Position numbers and translations under genes: made by a program. 64,000 bases of DNA, taken from Candidatus Scatosoma sp. (GTDB lineage Bacteria > Bacillota > Clostridia > Christensenellales > Borkfalkiaceae). The stretch spans positions 6,542-70,541 of the forward strand of contig JAZOPT010000036.1 in assembly GCA_045655725.1 (NCBI GenBank), written 5' to 3'. Under the pieces are notes generated by a model. It saw nothing but the letters and a program-made list of their open reading frames with translations, was not told the DNA's origin and did no database searches. Shown one piece after another: positions 56,063 through 64,000 of this stretch; position 1 is the stretch's first letter, and each line of letters begins with the position of its first letter.

Positions 56063-56731
56063 ATGTTTCCGTATCAGGAGATAGAAAACAAAATAGGGTA
56101 CGTGTTTGCGGACAAGCAGCGGCTGGAAGAAGCGTTTACCCATTCTACCTATGCCCATAAAAACGGCGGCGAGGACAACGAGCGTGTAGAGTTTCTCGGC
56201 GACACGGTGTTGCAGTTTGTCGTTACCGATTGGCTGTATCACGCCTATCCTAAGGCGCACGAGGGCGAGCTGACGAAAATACGCGCCAAGCTGGTATGCG
56301 AGGAGGCGTTGTTAGAGGCGGTAGAAAGGCTGGATATCGGCAAATATTTGCTGATAGAGGGAAGCAAAGCCAACGTGGGCAAGAAAACGGTTTCCAGTCT
56401 GTTTGAAGCGGTGGCGGGCGCAATCTATTTAGACGGCGGCTACGAAGCGGCGAAAGCGTTCGTAACAGAGCACGGAATTTGCCACTATCAAAAGCAAACG
56501 CAAAACCCTAAATCTAAATTACAAGAATACCTGCAAGGCAGAGGCGAGGAATTGCCCACCTATCAAACGCAAAAGTCGGGTAAGGACAACGCGCCGCAGT
56601 TTACCTGTACGGTAACGGCGGGCGGGAAAAGCGCGCAGGGCGTGGGCGGAAGCAAGAAGCTTGCCGAAACACAGGCGGCGGAAAATTTATTGGCGCGCTT
56701 GATTAAAACTGCCACCCGAAAGAAAAAATAA
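56063..56731 (+). CDS. rnc: Ribonuclease III
   Basis: ERVEFLGDTVL signature, plus a C-terminal dsRBD. Confidence 0.95.
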   Translation: MFPYQEIENKIGYVFADKQRLEEAFTHSTYAHKNGGEDNERVEFLGDTVLQFVVTDWLYHAYPKAHEGELTKIRAKLVCEEALLEAVERLDIGKYLLIEGSKANVGKKTVSSLFEAVAGAIYLDGGYEAAKAFVTEHGICHYQKQTQNPKSKLQEYLQGRGEELPTYQTQKSGKDNAPQFTCTVTAGGKSAQGVGGSKKLAETQAAENLLARLIKTATRKKK

Positions 56732-56755
56732 AAGTACAAAAAAAGGAGTACGGTT

Positions 56756-59700
56756 TTGAACTTAAAGGAAATACAACTTGTCGGCTTCAAATCCTTTGCC
56801 GATAAAACCACCATTCGTTTTGACGAAGGCGTAACGTGCATTGTCGGCCCTAACGGTTGCGGTAAGAGTAACGTAGCGGACGCGGTGCGTTGGGTGCTTG
56901 GCGAGCAATCGGCAAAATCCCTGCGCGGTTCTAATATGCAAGACGTTATTTTCGGCGGTACACTGTCGCGCAATCCGCAGTCGTTTTGCGAAGTAACGCT
57001 TGTTTTTGATAACGAACAGCACATATTCGATATGCCCACGCCGGAGGTGTCCATGACCCGTCGGCTTTACCGCACGGGCGAAAGTAAATACCTCATTAAC
57101 AACCAACCTAGCCGCTTGCGCGATTTGGTAACGCTGTTCCACGGTATCGGCTTGGGCAAAGAGGGGTATTCTATCATCGGTCAGGGCAAGGTAGAGCAAA
57201 TTATGAACGCGCGCTCCGAGGACAGACGCTTGATTTTCGAGGAAGCGCTTGGGTTAATGGTATATAAAACGCGCAAGCAGGAAATCGAGCGCAAGATAGA
57301 AAGTGCCAACGACAACCTCTTTATTTACCGTCAGCGTATCGACGAGGTAGAGGGTCGCCTCGGCAGAATGAGCAAGGAAGCGGCAAAGGCGAAAGAATAT
57401 TTAGAATACAGCGAGGCTTTGAAGCTGCAAGAGGCGAACACGTACATATACCGCTACGAAAACGCCGAATCGGAAAAGAGCAAGTTCAAAAAGGACATCG
57501 CCGTTATTTCCGATAAAATCATCGATTTGAACACGAAAATAGAGCTCATCAACCGCCGTTTGGAGGAGAACAGAGAAAAGATAAACCAAGCGGATATCCG
57601 CCTTACCGATTTGAACGACAAGCGCGTAGAGCTTTCCGTCGGCAACGAGAGAAAGGACGGCGAATTGAAGCTGGTACAAGAGCGTATCAAAACGTATAAA
57701 AGTCAGATAGAGGCAGCGACGGAAATGCTTGCCGCAAGTAAGGTGCGAATCGGGGAGATAGACGACGAAATCGCGCTGACCACCAAGAAAAACGCAGAGG
57801 ACACCAAGCGAATTGCGGAAGTGGAAACGCAAGCGGAGGTTTTGCGTTCGGCTATCGCCGCTTTGGATAAAAAGATAGAAGTCTTTGAAAAAATATCGGA
57901 CGAAAACCGTTTGAGTCAGCTTGGCGCGGCGGACGATTTATCCGAATTGAAGAAAAATTTGGGTACGCTTGCCGCTCGTATGGAAGCGACGAAAGAGAAA
58001 ATTAAAGAGCTGCAATCGGCAGTGGAGAAAACAAAGGAAAGAAAAGAGCGTTTAAGCGACGAGCTTTCCTCTGTAAAAAAAGACTTAAAAAGCTTAAAGG
58101 ACTTCACTTCCACGGGCATGCGCGACTTTGAGGAGAAGCAGGAAGAAGCACGTGAAATGCAGCTTACTATCAACGATTTCAACCAAGAGCTGTTTAACGC
58201 CAACGGTCAAATTGCCTCTCTCAAAGAAAACTTGGAGATGTACGTAAGCTTAAAAAACCGTTTCGAGGGGTATAAAGAATCGGTGCGCAGACTTTTGTCG
58301 GTAGCGAAAACCAATCCCGAGATAGGCAAGCGGCTTCACGGCGCACTTGCGGACGTAGTATCCACCGAGCAACGCTATGAAACGGCAATCGAAACGGCGA
58401 TAGGCGGGGCAATGCAAAACGTAGTAACGCCCACGGCGGACGACGCTCGGTATCTTATCGAGTATTTGAAACGTGCCAACGGCGGTATCGTAACCTTTTT
58501 GCCCGTATCGGGTATGCGCCCTCGCCCCGACTCCCGTGAAATACGCCGTGCCTTGGACGAACGCGGCGCAATGGGTCTTGCCACGGAGCTTGTTAAATAC
58601 GACGATTATTACTATAACGTGGTAAGCAATTTGCTTGGCAACACGCTGATTTGCGATAACATTGCCAACGCCACGGCGATTGCGAAAAAGTACGGGAACC
58701 TGTTCAAAATCGTTACGTTGGACGGCGATACTATCGCGACGGGCGGTTCGATGACGGGCGGTAGCCGCAGAAAGGACGCAGGTTCTTTCCTGTCCACCGA
58801 ACGTAAAATTCAGGAATGTAAAGAAAATATCGCCAAGAAGCAGAAATATATCGAAAAACTGAAAACGGCGATAGCGGAAAGCGAAAAGGCGCGTGCGGAA
58901 GCGGAGCGTGCGGTGGAAGCTTTGCGTGAAAAATATCAGGGCGCAAACAGCGAAATCGCGGGCTTGATGCAACGCCAAACCGCTTTGGAACAACAAATCT
59001 CCGAAACGGACTTGGATTTGGAAACGTACACCCAAGCTCTGCACGAATTTGAGGAGAAATTAAAGTCTTTGGAATACGAGGAAGCGCATTCCACGCAAAG
59101 CGAAGCGGAAATCAGTTCCTTGCGCCAAAAAGCGGAAGCGGAAATGGCGAGCCAGAAAAAGCAATCCGACCTGTTCAGAGAAGAGCGCGCGGAAAAGAGC
59201 AAAATTTTGCGCGAAACGGAGCTGGAATATACCGCACTTAGCTTGGCTATCGAAAAGCAAACGGACGCCATCGCTCGTTTGACGGTAGAAAAGGAAGAGC
59301 TTGTCAAGCGTATTTTGGACGTAGAATACGAAAAGACGGAAACGCAGACTCGCTTAAACGGTTTGGAAGCGGAAGCGCAGGAAAAGGAGCTTACCGAAGA
59401 GGAAAAGGCGGCTGTACAGGCGATCGTGGACGAGATTTCGGCAATCAATGCGGAAAAGGAAACGGTAAACGCGCAGCAGCTTACCTTGGAAGAGGAGAAA
59501 ACGCAGCTGCAAGAAACGCTTACCAAGCAATCGGACAAGCGGTATAAATGCGAAATAGAAATTAGTAAAATAGACACCAATTTGGAAAATATGCGTCAGC
59601 GTGTGGAAGAGGCGTACGGCATGGACTACGAGGCCTGCTTGCCTTATAGAAAGGAATCGTTCGACGTAGCGGAGGCGGCAAACCTTATTACCGCATTAAA

Positions 59701-60352
59701 GCGTAAAATTACCAACTTGGGTGCGGTAAACCCCAACGCCGTGGAAGAATACGAGTACGAAAAACAGCATTGCGACGAAATGATCACCCAGCGCGACGAC
59801 CTGCAAAAAGCTATTGACGATTTGCAAGCGGCGTTGGACGAGATTCGCGGGGAAATGCTGCGTATCTTCAACGAGGGCTTTGAGCAAATCAACGAGAACT
59901 TCAAAATTACGTTCAAAGAACTGTTCGGCGGCGGGAAAGCGGAATTGCAAATCAATTACGACGAAGCGGAAGACCCGCTTGCGGCAGGTATAGAAATCGT
60001 GGCTTGTCCTCCGGGCAAAAAGCTGACGAAAATATCCCTGCTTTCGGGCGGCGAACGCGCGCTTACGGCAATCGCGATTCTGTTTGCGATTTTGCGTGCA
60101 CGGCCTATGCCGTTCTGTATCTTGGACGAGATAGAAGCGGCTCTGGACGACGCAAACGTGGATAGATTTGCTTCTTACCTCAAACGTTTCGCGGAAGAAA
60201 CGCAGTTTATCGTTATCACGCACAGAAAGCCGACGATGAACCAAGCAGACTCCCTGTTCGGCGTTACCATGCAGGAAAAGGGTGTTTCAAAAATCGTTTC
60301 CGTGAAGCTGGCTGAGGTGGAGAGTAAGTTGGGCGCAGGCACTGTGGAGTAA
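56756..60352 (+). CDS. smc: Chromosome partition protein Smc
   Basis: TTG start. FKSFADKT...GPNGCGKSN, long coiled coils, hinge, LSGGERALTAIA, ILDEIEAALDDANV. Confidence 0.97.
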   Translation: MNLKEIQLVGFKSFADKTTIRFDEGVTCIVGPNGCGKSNVADAVRWVLGEQSAKSLRGSNMQDVIFGGTLSRNPQSFCEVTLVFDNEQHIFDMPTPEVSMTRRLYRTGESKYLINNQPSRLRDLVTLFHGIGLGKEGYSIIGQGKVEQIMNARSEDRRLIFEEALGLMVYKTRKQEIERKIESANDNLFIYRQRIDEVEGRLGRMSKEAAKAKEYLEYSEALKLQEANTYIYRYENAESEKSKFKKDIAVISDKIIDLNTKIELINRRLEENREKINQADIRLTDLNDKRVELSVGNERKDGELKLVQERIKTYKSQIEAATEMLAASKVRIGEIDDEIALTTKKNAEDTKRIAEVETQAEVLRSAIAALDKKIEVFEKISDENRLSQLGAADDLSELKKNLGTLAARMEATKEKIKELQSAVEKTKERKERLSDELSSVKKDLKSLKDFTSTGMRDFEEKQEEAREMQLTINDFNQELFNANGQIASLKENLEMYVSLKNRFEGYKESVRRLLSVAKTNPEIGKRLHGALADVVSTEQRYETAIETAIGGAMQNVVTPTADDARYLIEYLKRANGGIVTFLPVSGMRPRPDSREIRRALDERGAMGLATELVKYDDYYYNVVSNLLGNTLICDNIANATAIAKKYGNLFKIVTLDGDTIATGGSMTGGSRRKDAGSFLSTERKIQECKENIAKKQKYIEKLKTAIAESEKARAEAERAVEALREKYQGANSEIAGLMQRQTALEQQISETDLDLETYTQALHEFEEKLKSLEYEEAHSTQSEAEISSLRQKAEAEMASQKKQSDLFREERAEKSKILRETELEYTALSLAIEKQTDAIARLTVEKEELVKRILDVEYEKTETQTRLNGLEAEAQEKELTEEEKAAVQAIVDEISAINAEKETVNAQQLTLEEEKTQLQETLTKQSDKRYKCEIEISKIDTNLENMRQRVEEAYGMDYEACLPYRKESFDVAEAANLITALKRKITNLGAVNPNAVEEYEYEKQHCDEMITQRDDLQKAIDDLQAALDEIRGEMLRIFNEGFEQINENFKITFKELFGGGKAELQINYDEAEDPLAAGIEIVACPPGKKLTKISLLSGGERALTAIAILFAILRARPMPFCILDEIEAALDDANVDRFASYLKRFAEETQFIVITHRKPTMNQADSLFGVTMQEKGVSKIVSVKLAEVESKLGAGTVE

Positions 60353-60590
60353 AAACGAAGAATATGCTACGGCGGGTGCGCCCGCGGCGAAACCTTATCT
60401 ATCCTTTTTTTGGGGGAAGTAAGATAGGTGCGTGTACGCGAGCGTAACGGTGTTTACGTAAGAATGATAGAAAGGTTGGTCAGTGGCGACCCGCCACCTT
60501 GGTCGTGTACGTAAAGTACACTCCCTGCGGGGAAGCCGCGCTTTCCTTGAACTGCTTGCATCTTGCTTCGTTTTTCGGGGTAACAAGCTT
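60350..60590 (+). repeat. Structured intergenic element, module 1 (60350-60498) joined to module 2 (60497-60590)
   Basis: It begins on the smc TAA. Module 2 contains a 64-nt block (60516-60579) identical to 26097-26160 and the hairpin GTGTAC-GTAAA-GTACAC. Confidence 0.85.
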
Positions 60591-60642
60591 ACGTAAAAAG
60601 ACCGCTACGGGCGGCAAGACTTAAACAAAAAAGGAACAACGT

Positions 60643-61539
60643 ATGGGAATATTCGGCAAATTATTCGGAGCACTAAAAAAAACAAAGGCGGGGTTGTCTG
60701 AAAAACTCCGTTTGCTGTTTGCAAAAAATAAATTAGGCAACGAATTTTATGAAGAGTTGGAAGAAATTCTCATTTCCTCCGACGTATCGGTAACCACAGC
60801 GGAAGAAGTGGTTGCGCGGGTAAAACAACAGGCTATTGCGGAAAAGCTCAAAGACGAAGCGTACGTTATTTCTCTGCTTCGCGGTGTTTTGACGGATATG
60901 CTGAAAGAATCGGAAGTAGAACCGCCCGCATACCCTTGCGTCATTATGTTGGTAGGGGTAAACGGCGTAGGCAAAACCACCACGGTGGGTAAGCTGGCGC
61001 ACTATTTCTTAAAGCAGGGCAAAACGGTAACGGTAGCGGCGGCGGACACCTTCCGCGCGGCGGCAAGCGAACAGCTTTCCGTTTGGGCGGAGCGCGCAAA
61101 GGTTCGTATCGTCAAGCACGAAGAGGGGAGCGACCCCTCCGCCGTTATTTTCGACGCGGTATCCTCCGCAAAAGCAAAGAAAACGGACGTGGTCATTGTG
61201 GATACGGCGGGTAGACTGCACGTCAAGGAAAACCTCATGAACGAGCTTCGCAAAATGGACAGAGTGGTTTCCCGCGAATATCCCGAAGCGGATTTTCTAA
61301 AACTGCTTGTTTTGGACGCGACGACAGGTCAAAACGCCGTCAATCAAGCCCGCGTGTTCGACGAAGCGGTAGAACTTGACGGTATCGTCTTAACCAAATT
61401 AGACGGAACGGCAAAAGGCGGCTTTGTCTTTTCCCTTTCCTCCGAGCTGTCCCTGCCCGTCATTTTTGCGGGCGTTGGCGAAAAAATGGACGATTTGGAA
61501 TTTTTCGACAGCGAAAGCTTCGTAGAAGCGATACTCTGA
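60643..61539 (+). CDS. ftsY: Signal recognition particle receptor FtsY
   Basis: NG domain with GVNGVGKTTT, DTAGR and TKLD. Confidence 0.96.
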   Translation: MGIFGKLFGALKKTKAGLSEKLRLLFAKNKLGNEFYEELEEILISSDVSVTTAEEVVARVKQQAIAEKLKDEAYVISLLRGVLTDMLKESEVEPPAYPCVIMLVGVNGVGKTTTVGKLAHYFLKQGKTVTVAAADTFRAAASEQLSVWAERAKVRIVKHEEGSDPSAVIFDAVSSAKAKKTDVVIVDTAGRLHVKENLMNELRKMDRVVSREYPEADFLKLLVLDATTGQNAVNQARVFDEAVELDGIVLTKLDGTAKGGFVFSLSSELSLPVIFAGVGEKMDDLEFFDSESFVEAIL

Positions 61540-61602
61540 TTAAAATTCAGCATTTCATAAAAAATAAGCCACCATGTATAAGATGAAAAGGAAAAACGGG
61601 CT

Positions 61603-62268
61603 ATGAAAATCGACATTTTAACGCTGTTTCCCGAAATGTTTTCGGCAATGAAAGAAAGCATTTTAGGCAGAGCGCAAAAGGACGGAAAAATCCAAATCAA
61701 CGTCGTCAACCTGCGAGATTATACGGAGGATAAACACTTAAAATGCGACGATTATCCCTTTGGCGGTGGCGCGGGAATGGTCATGATGCCGCAACCTATC
61801 GGCGGCGCGATTGACGCTCTTGACCCCAACCACCAAGCCCGCCGTATTTATATGTCGCCCAAAGGCGAAACGTTCCGTCAGCAAAAGGTGTTCGACTTGC
61901 TTCAATACGAGCATTTGATACTGCTTTGCGGTCATTACGAGGGAGTAGATCAGCGCGCCATAGATTTATTTATCGATGAAGAGATATCCATAGGCGATTA
62001 CGTGTTGACGGGTGGCGAGCTGCCCGCCATGGTGGTTGCCGATTGCGTATCCCGCTACGTGGACGGAGTGATAAGTCCCTCTTCTTTGGTGGACGAGAGT
62101 TTTTCGGAAAACCTGCTCGAATACCCTCATTACACCCGACCGCAGGAATACCGCGGCATACCCGTTCCCGAAATTTTGCGCAGCGGCGATCACGGAAAAA
62201 TAGACGCTTGGCGCAGAGAACAGGCGTTAAACATTACCAAGCAACGCCGACCCGATTTGTTAAAATAA
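61603..62268 (+). CDS. trmD: tRNA (guanine37-N1)-methyltransferase
   Basis: MKIDILTLFPEMF start, SPKG, GHYEGVDQR, GDYVLTGGELPAMV. Confidence 0.96.
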   Translation: MKIDILTLFPEMFSAMKESILGRAQKDGKIQINVVNLRDYTEDKHLKCDDYPFGGGAGMVMMPQPIGGAIDALDPNHQARRIYMSPKGETFRQQKVFDLLQYEHLILLCGHYEGVDQRAIDLFIDEEISIGDYVLTGGELPAMVVADCVSRYVDGVISPSSLVDESFSENLLEYPHYTRPQEYRGIPVPEILRSGDHGKIDAWRREQALNITKQRRPDLLK

Positions 62269-62369
62269 AGAAAAAGCACAACCCGAACGCCGATTCGTTA
62301 TTCCAACGCGGCGTTTTGTTTCACTAATCCAATATAATAGAAAGTATTCCTAAAAAGGAGCGTAATCAA

Positions 62370-63230
62370 ATGAAAAATATCCAATGGTTTCCGGGGCACA
62401 TGACGCGTGCCATGCGCGATATGGAAGCCAAGCGCGACTTATGCGACGGCGTGGTGTGCGTGTTAGACGCTCGCGCGCCGATAGCCACGGTCAATAAAAA
62501 TTTGCAGAAGATATTCGGGGAAAAGCCCGTTTTATACGTGCTGAACAAAGCCGACCTTTCCGACGCAAATAAAACGGACGGCTTTATGAAGCTTATGGAA
62601 AGTAAGGGGAAATATTGCGTGAAATGCAATTCGACAAACCCCTCTTCCAAGCGCATATTACTGCAAAAATTAAACGAAATAACACAAGAAAAACGCGCTC
62701 GAGCAGAGGCAAAGGGGCTAAACCGCACCTTCCGATTTATGGTGGCGGGCATACCCAATACTGGCAAGAGCACTCTTGTCAATTTAATCAGCGGTCAGAA
62801 AAGAGCGAAAACGGGCGACAAAGCGGGCGTAACGCGGGACGTGCGCTGGCTCAAATGCGGCGCATTCGATTTGTTGGATACACCCGGAACAATGCCGCCC
62901 GCATTCGATAACCAGTACCACGCGCGGCACTTGGCGTATATCGGCAGTATCAACGACGATATTTTGGATATGGACGATATCGCGTTAGAACTCCTTGGCG
63001 AGCTTGCCCAAACGTACCCCCAATGCCTCACCGAACGCTACGGCATTACCGATTATTCGGAAAAATTGGCAATGTACGAGGCGTTGTGCAAACGCAGGGG
63101 CTTTATTTTCCGTGGCGGCGAATACGATTACGAACGCGGCGCAAAGGCTCTTATCGACGATTTCCGCAAGGGCAGAATAGGCAAAATCTGCCTTGAAAAC
63201 CCGTCCGACTATCAAGACTACACTTTTTGA
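62370..63230 (+). CDS. rbgA: Ribosome biogenesis GTPase A (YlqF/RbgA)
   Basis: Circularly permuted GTPase: IQWFPGHM, NKADL (G4) ahead of GIPNTGKST (G1), then DTPG. Confidence 0.94.
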   Translation: MKNIQWFPGHMTRAMRDMEAKRDLCDGVVCVLDARAPIATVNKNLQKIFGEKPVLYVLNKADLSDANKTDGFMKLMESKGKYCVKCNSTNPSSKRILLQKLNEITQEKRARAEAKGLNRTFRFMVAGIPNTGKSTLVNLISGQKRAKTGDKAGVTRDVRWLKCGAFDLLDTPGTMPPAFDNQYHARHLAYIGSINDDILDMDDIALELLGELAQTYPQCLTERYGITDYSEKLAMYEALCKRRGFIFRGGEYDYERGAKALIDDFRKGRIGKICLENPSDYQDYTF

Positions 63231-63261
63231 TATAACGTAAAATAAGTAAGGGGAAACGCAG

Positions 63262-63882
63262 ATGAAAAAACAGTGGAACGCAGAAGAAAAGCTGCAAATA
63301 GAACGCGCGTTGCAGGCGCAAGGGGTAAAGTATATCGCAGGCGTGGACGAGGTGGGCAGAGGTCCGCTTGCAGGACCTGTGGTGTGTGCGGCGGTGATTA
63401 TGCCGTTGGAAGAAGATAAATTGGTAATCGGTGTGGACGATAGTAAAAAGCTTTCTATCAAGAAACGGGAAGAGCTTGCCGAAAAGATAAAAGCCACCGC
63501 GCTTTGCTATACCATTGTGGAGATAGACGAAAAAACAATAGACGAAATCAATATTTTGGAAGCGACCAAACGGGGCATGAAACAGGCGATAGAAAGTCTG
63601 AAAATACCGCCCGAAATCGTGCTTACGGACGGCAATATGACGATAGATATCACGCACAAACAGAAAAGCGTGGTGCACGGCGACGCACTTTCGTATTCTA
63701 TCGGAGCGGCGAGTATCATAGCCAAGGTATATCGGGATAATTTAATGGACGAATACGCCAAGCAGTACCCTTGTTACGACTTTGAAAAAAATAAAGGTTA
63801 CGGCACGGCAGCGCATATTCAAGGAATAAAGGAGTTCGGTTTATGCCCTATTCATCGCAGGACGTTCACAAAAAAGTTTTAG
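63262..63882 (+). CDS. rnhB: Ribonuclease HII
   Basis: GVDEVGRGPLAGPVV, DSKKLS, GYGT..H. Confidence 0.95.
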   Translation: MKKQWNAEEKLQIERALQAQGVKYIAGVDEVGRGPLAGPVVCAAVIMPLEEDKLVIGVDDSKKLSIKKREELAEKIKATALCYTIVEIDEKTIDEINILEATKRGMKQAIESLKIPPEIVLTDGNMTIDITHKQKSVVHGDALSYSIGAASIIAKVYRDNLMDEYAKQYPCYDFEKNKGYGTAAHIQGIKEFGLCPIHRRTFTKKF

Positions 63883-64000
63883 GCAAAAAAGGGGAACGGC
63901 TGGTAGAAGAATACCTCAAAAAGCAGGGTTGTAAGATACTCAAACGTAATTATAAAACGCCGTTTGGGGAAGCGGATATCATAGCCGAGGACAAGGACGA
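63843..64000 (+). CDS. yraN: YraN-family (UPF0102) endonuclease-like protein, 5' part truncated by the window edge
   Basis: Hand translation gives MPYSSQDVHKKVLGKKGERLVEEYLKKQGCKILKRNYKTPFGEADIIAEDKD, matching G.xGExxAxxYLxxxGxxILxRNxxxxxGExDIIA. It overlaps the rnhB 3' end. Confidence 0.75.
   Translation, partial: MPYSSQDVHKKVLGKKGERLVEEYLKKQGCKILKRNYKTPFGEADIIAEDKD

Overview
This 64-kb window is a densely coded chromosomal segment from an endospore-forming Firmicute, probably Clostridia-like (spoVAC/AD/AE, cwlD, yunB and sigH are all present). All calls rest on by-eye motif recognition, since no database search or folding software was available.

Most of the window is housekeeping:
- heterodimeric ABC exporter
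- dnaK-dnaJ
- rpsF-ssb-rpsR
- recX, birA, nnr
- nadD-yqeK fusion, rsfS
- cwlD, mrnC-rlmB-sigH
- dnaX-ybaB-recR, gpsA
- spoVA genes, yunB-murG
- tyrS, yigZ, pepT
- mnmG-dnaA, recF, asnS
- plsX-rnc-smc-ftsY
- trmD, rbgA, rnhB, yraN

No rRNA, tRNA, CRISPR array, transposase or prophage was seen.

Three things stand out:
1. A modular family of structured non-coding elements sits in intra-operon spacers. It occurs after dnaK, dnaX, ybaB, asnS and smc, and as a tandem pair after cwlD. Three copies begin exactly on the TAA stop codon of the upstream gene. I could not match it to any RNA family or mobile element I know.
2. A visibly AT-rich three-gene GATC-type restriction-modification islet lies at 44.9-47.7 kb: an HTH-fused Dam-like methylase, a DpnII-like endonuclease, and a second methylase with motif I before motif IV. 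A palindromic operator overlaps its promoter.
3. Local gene order is atypical. dnaA is co-directional with mnmG and divergent from recF, with no dnaN. The spoVA operon is split by an antisense acyltransferase gene.

Several large acidic membrane proteins and small ORFs remain uncharacterised.
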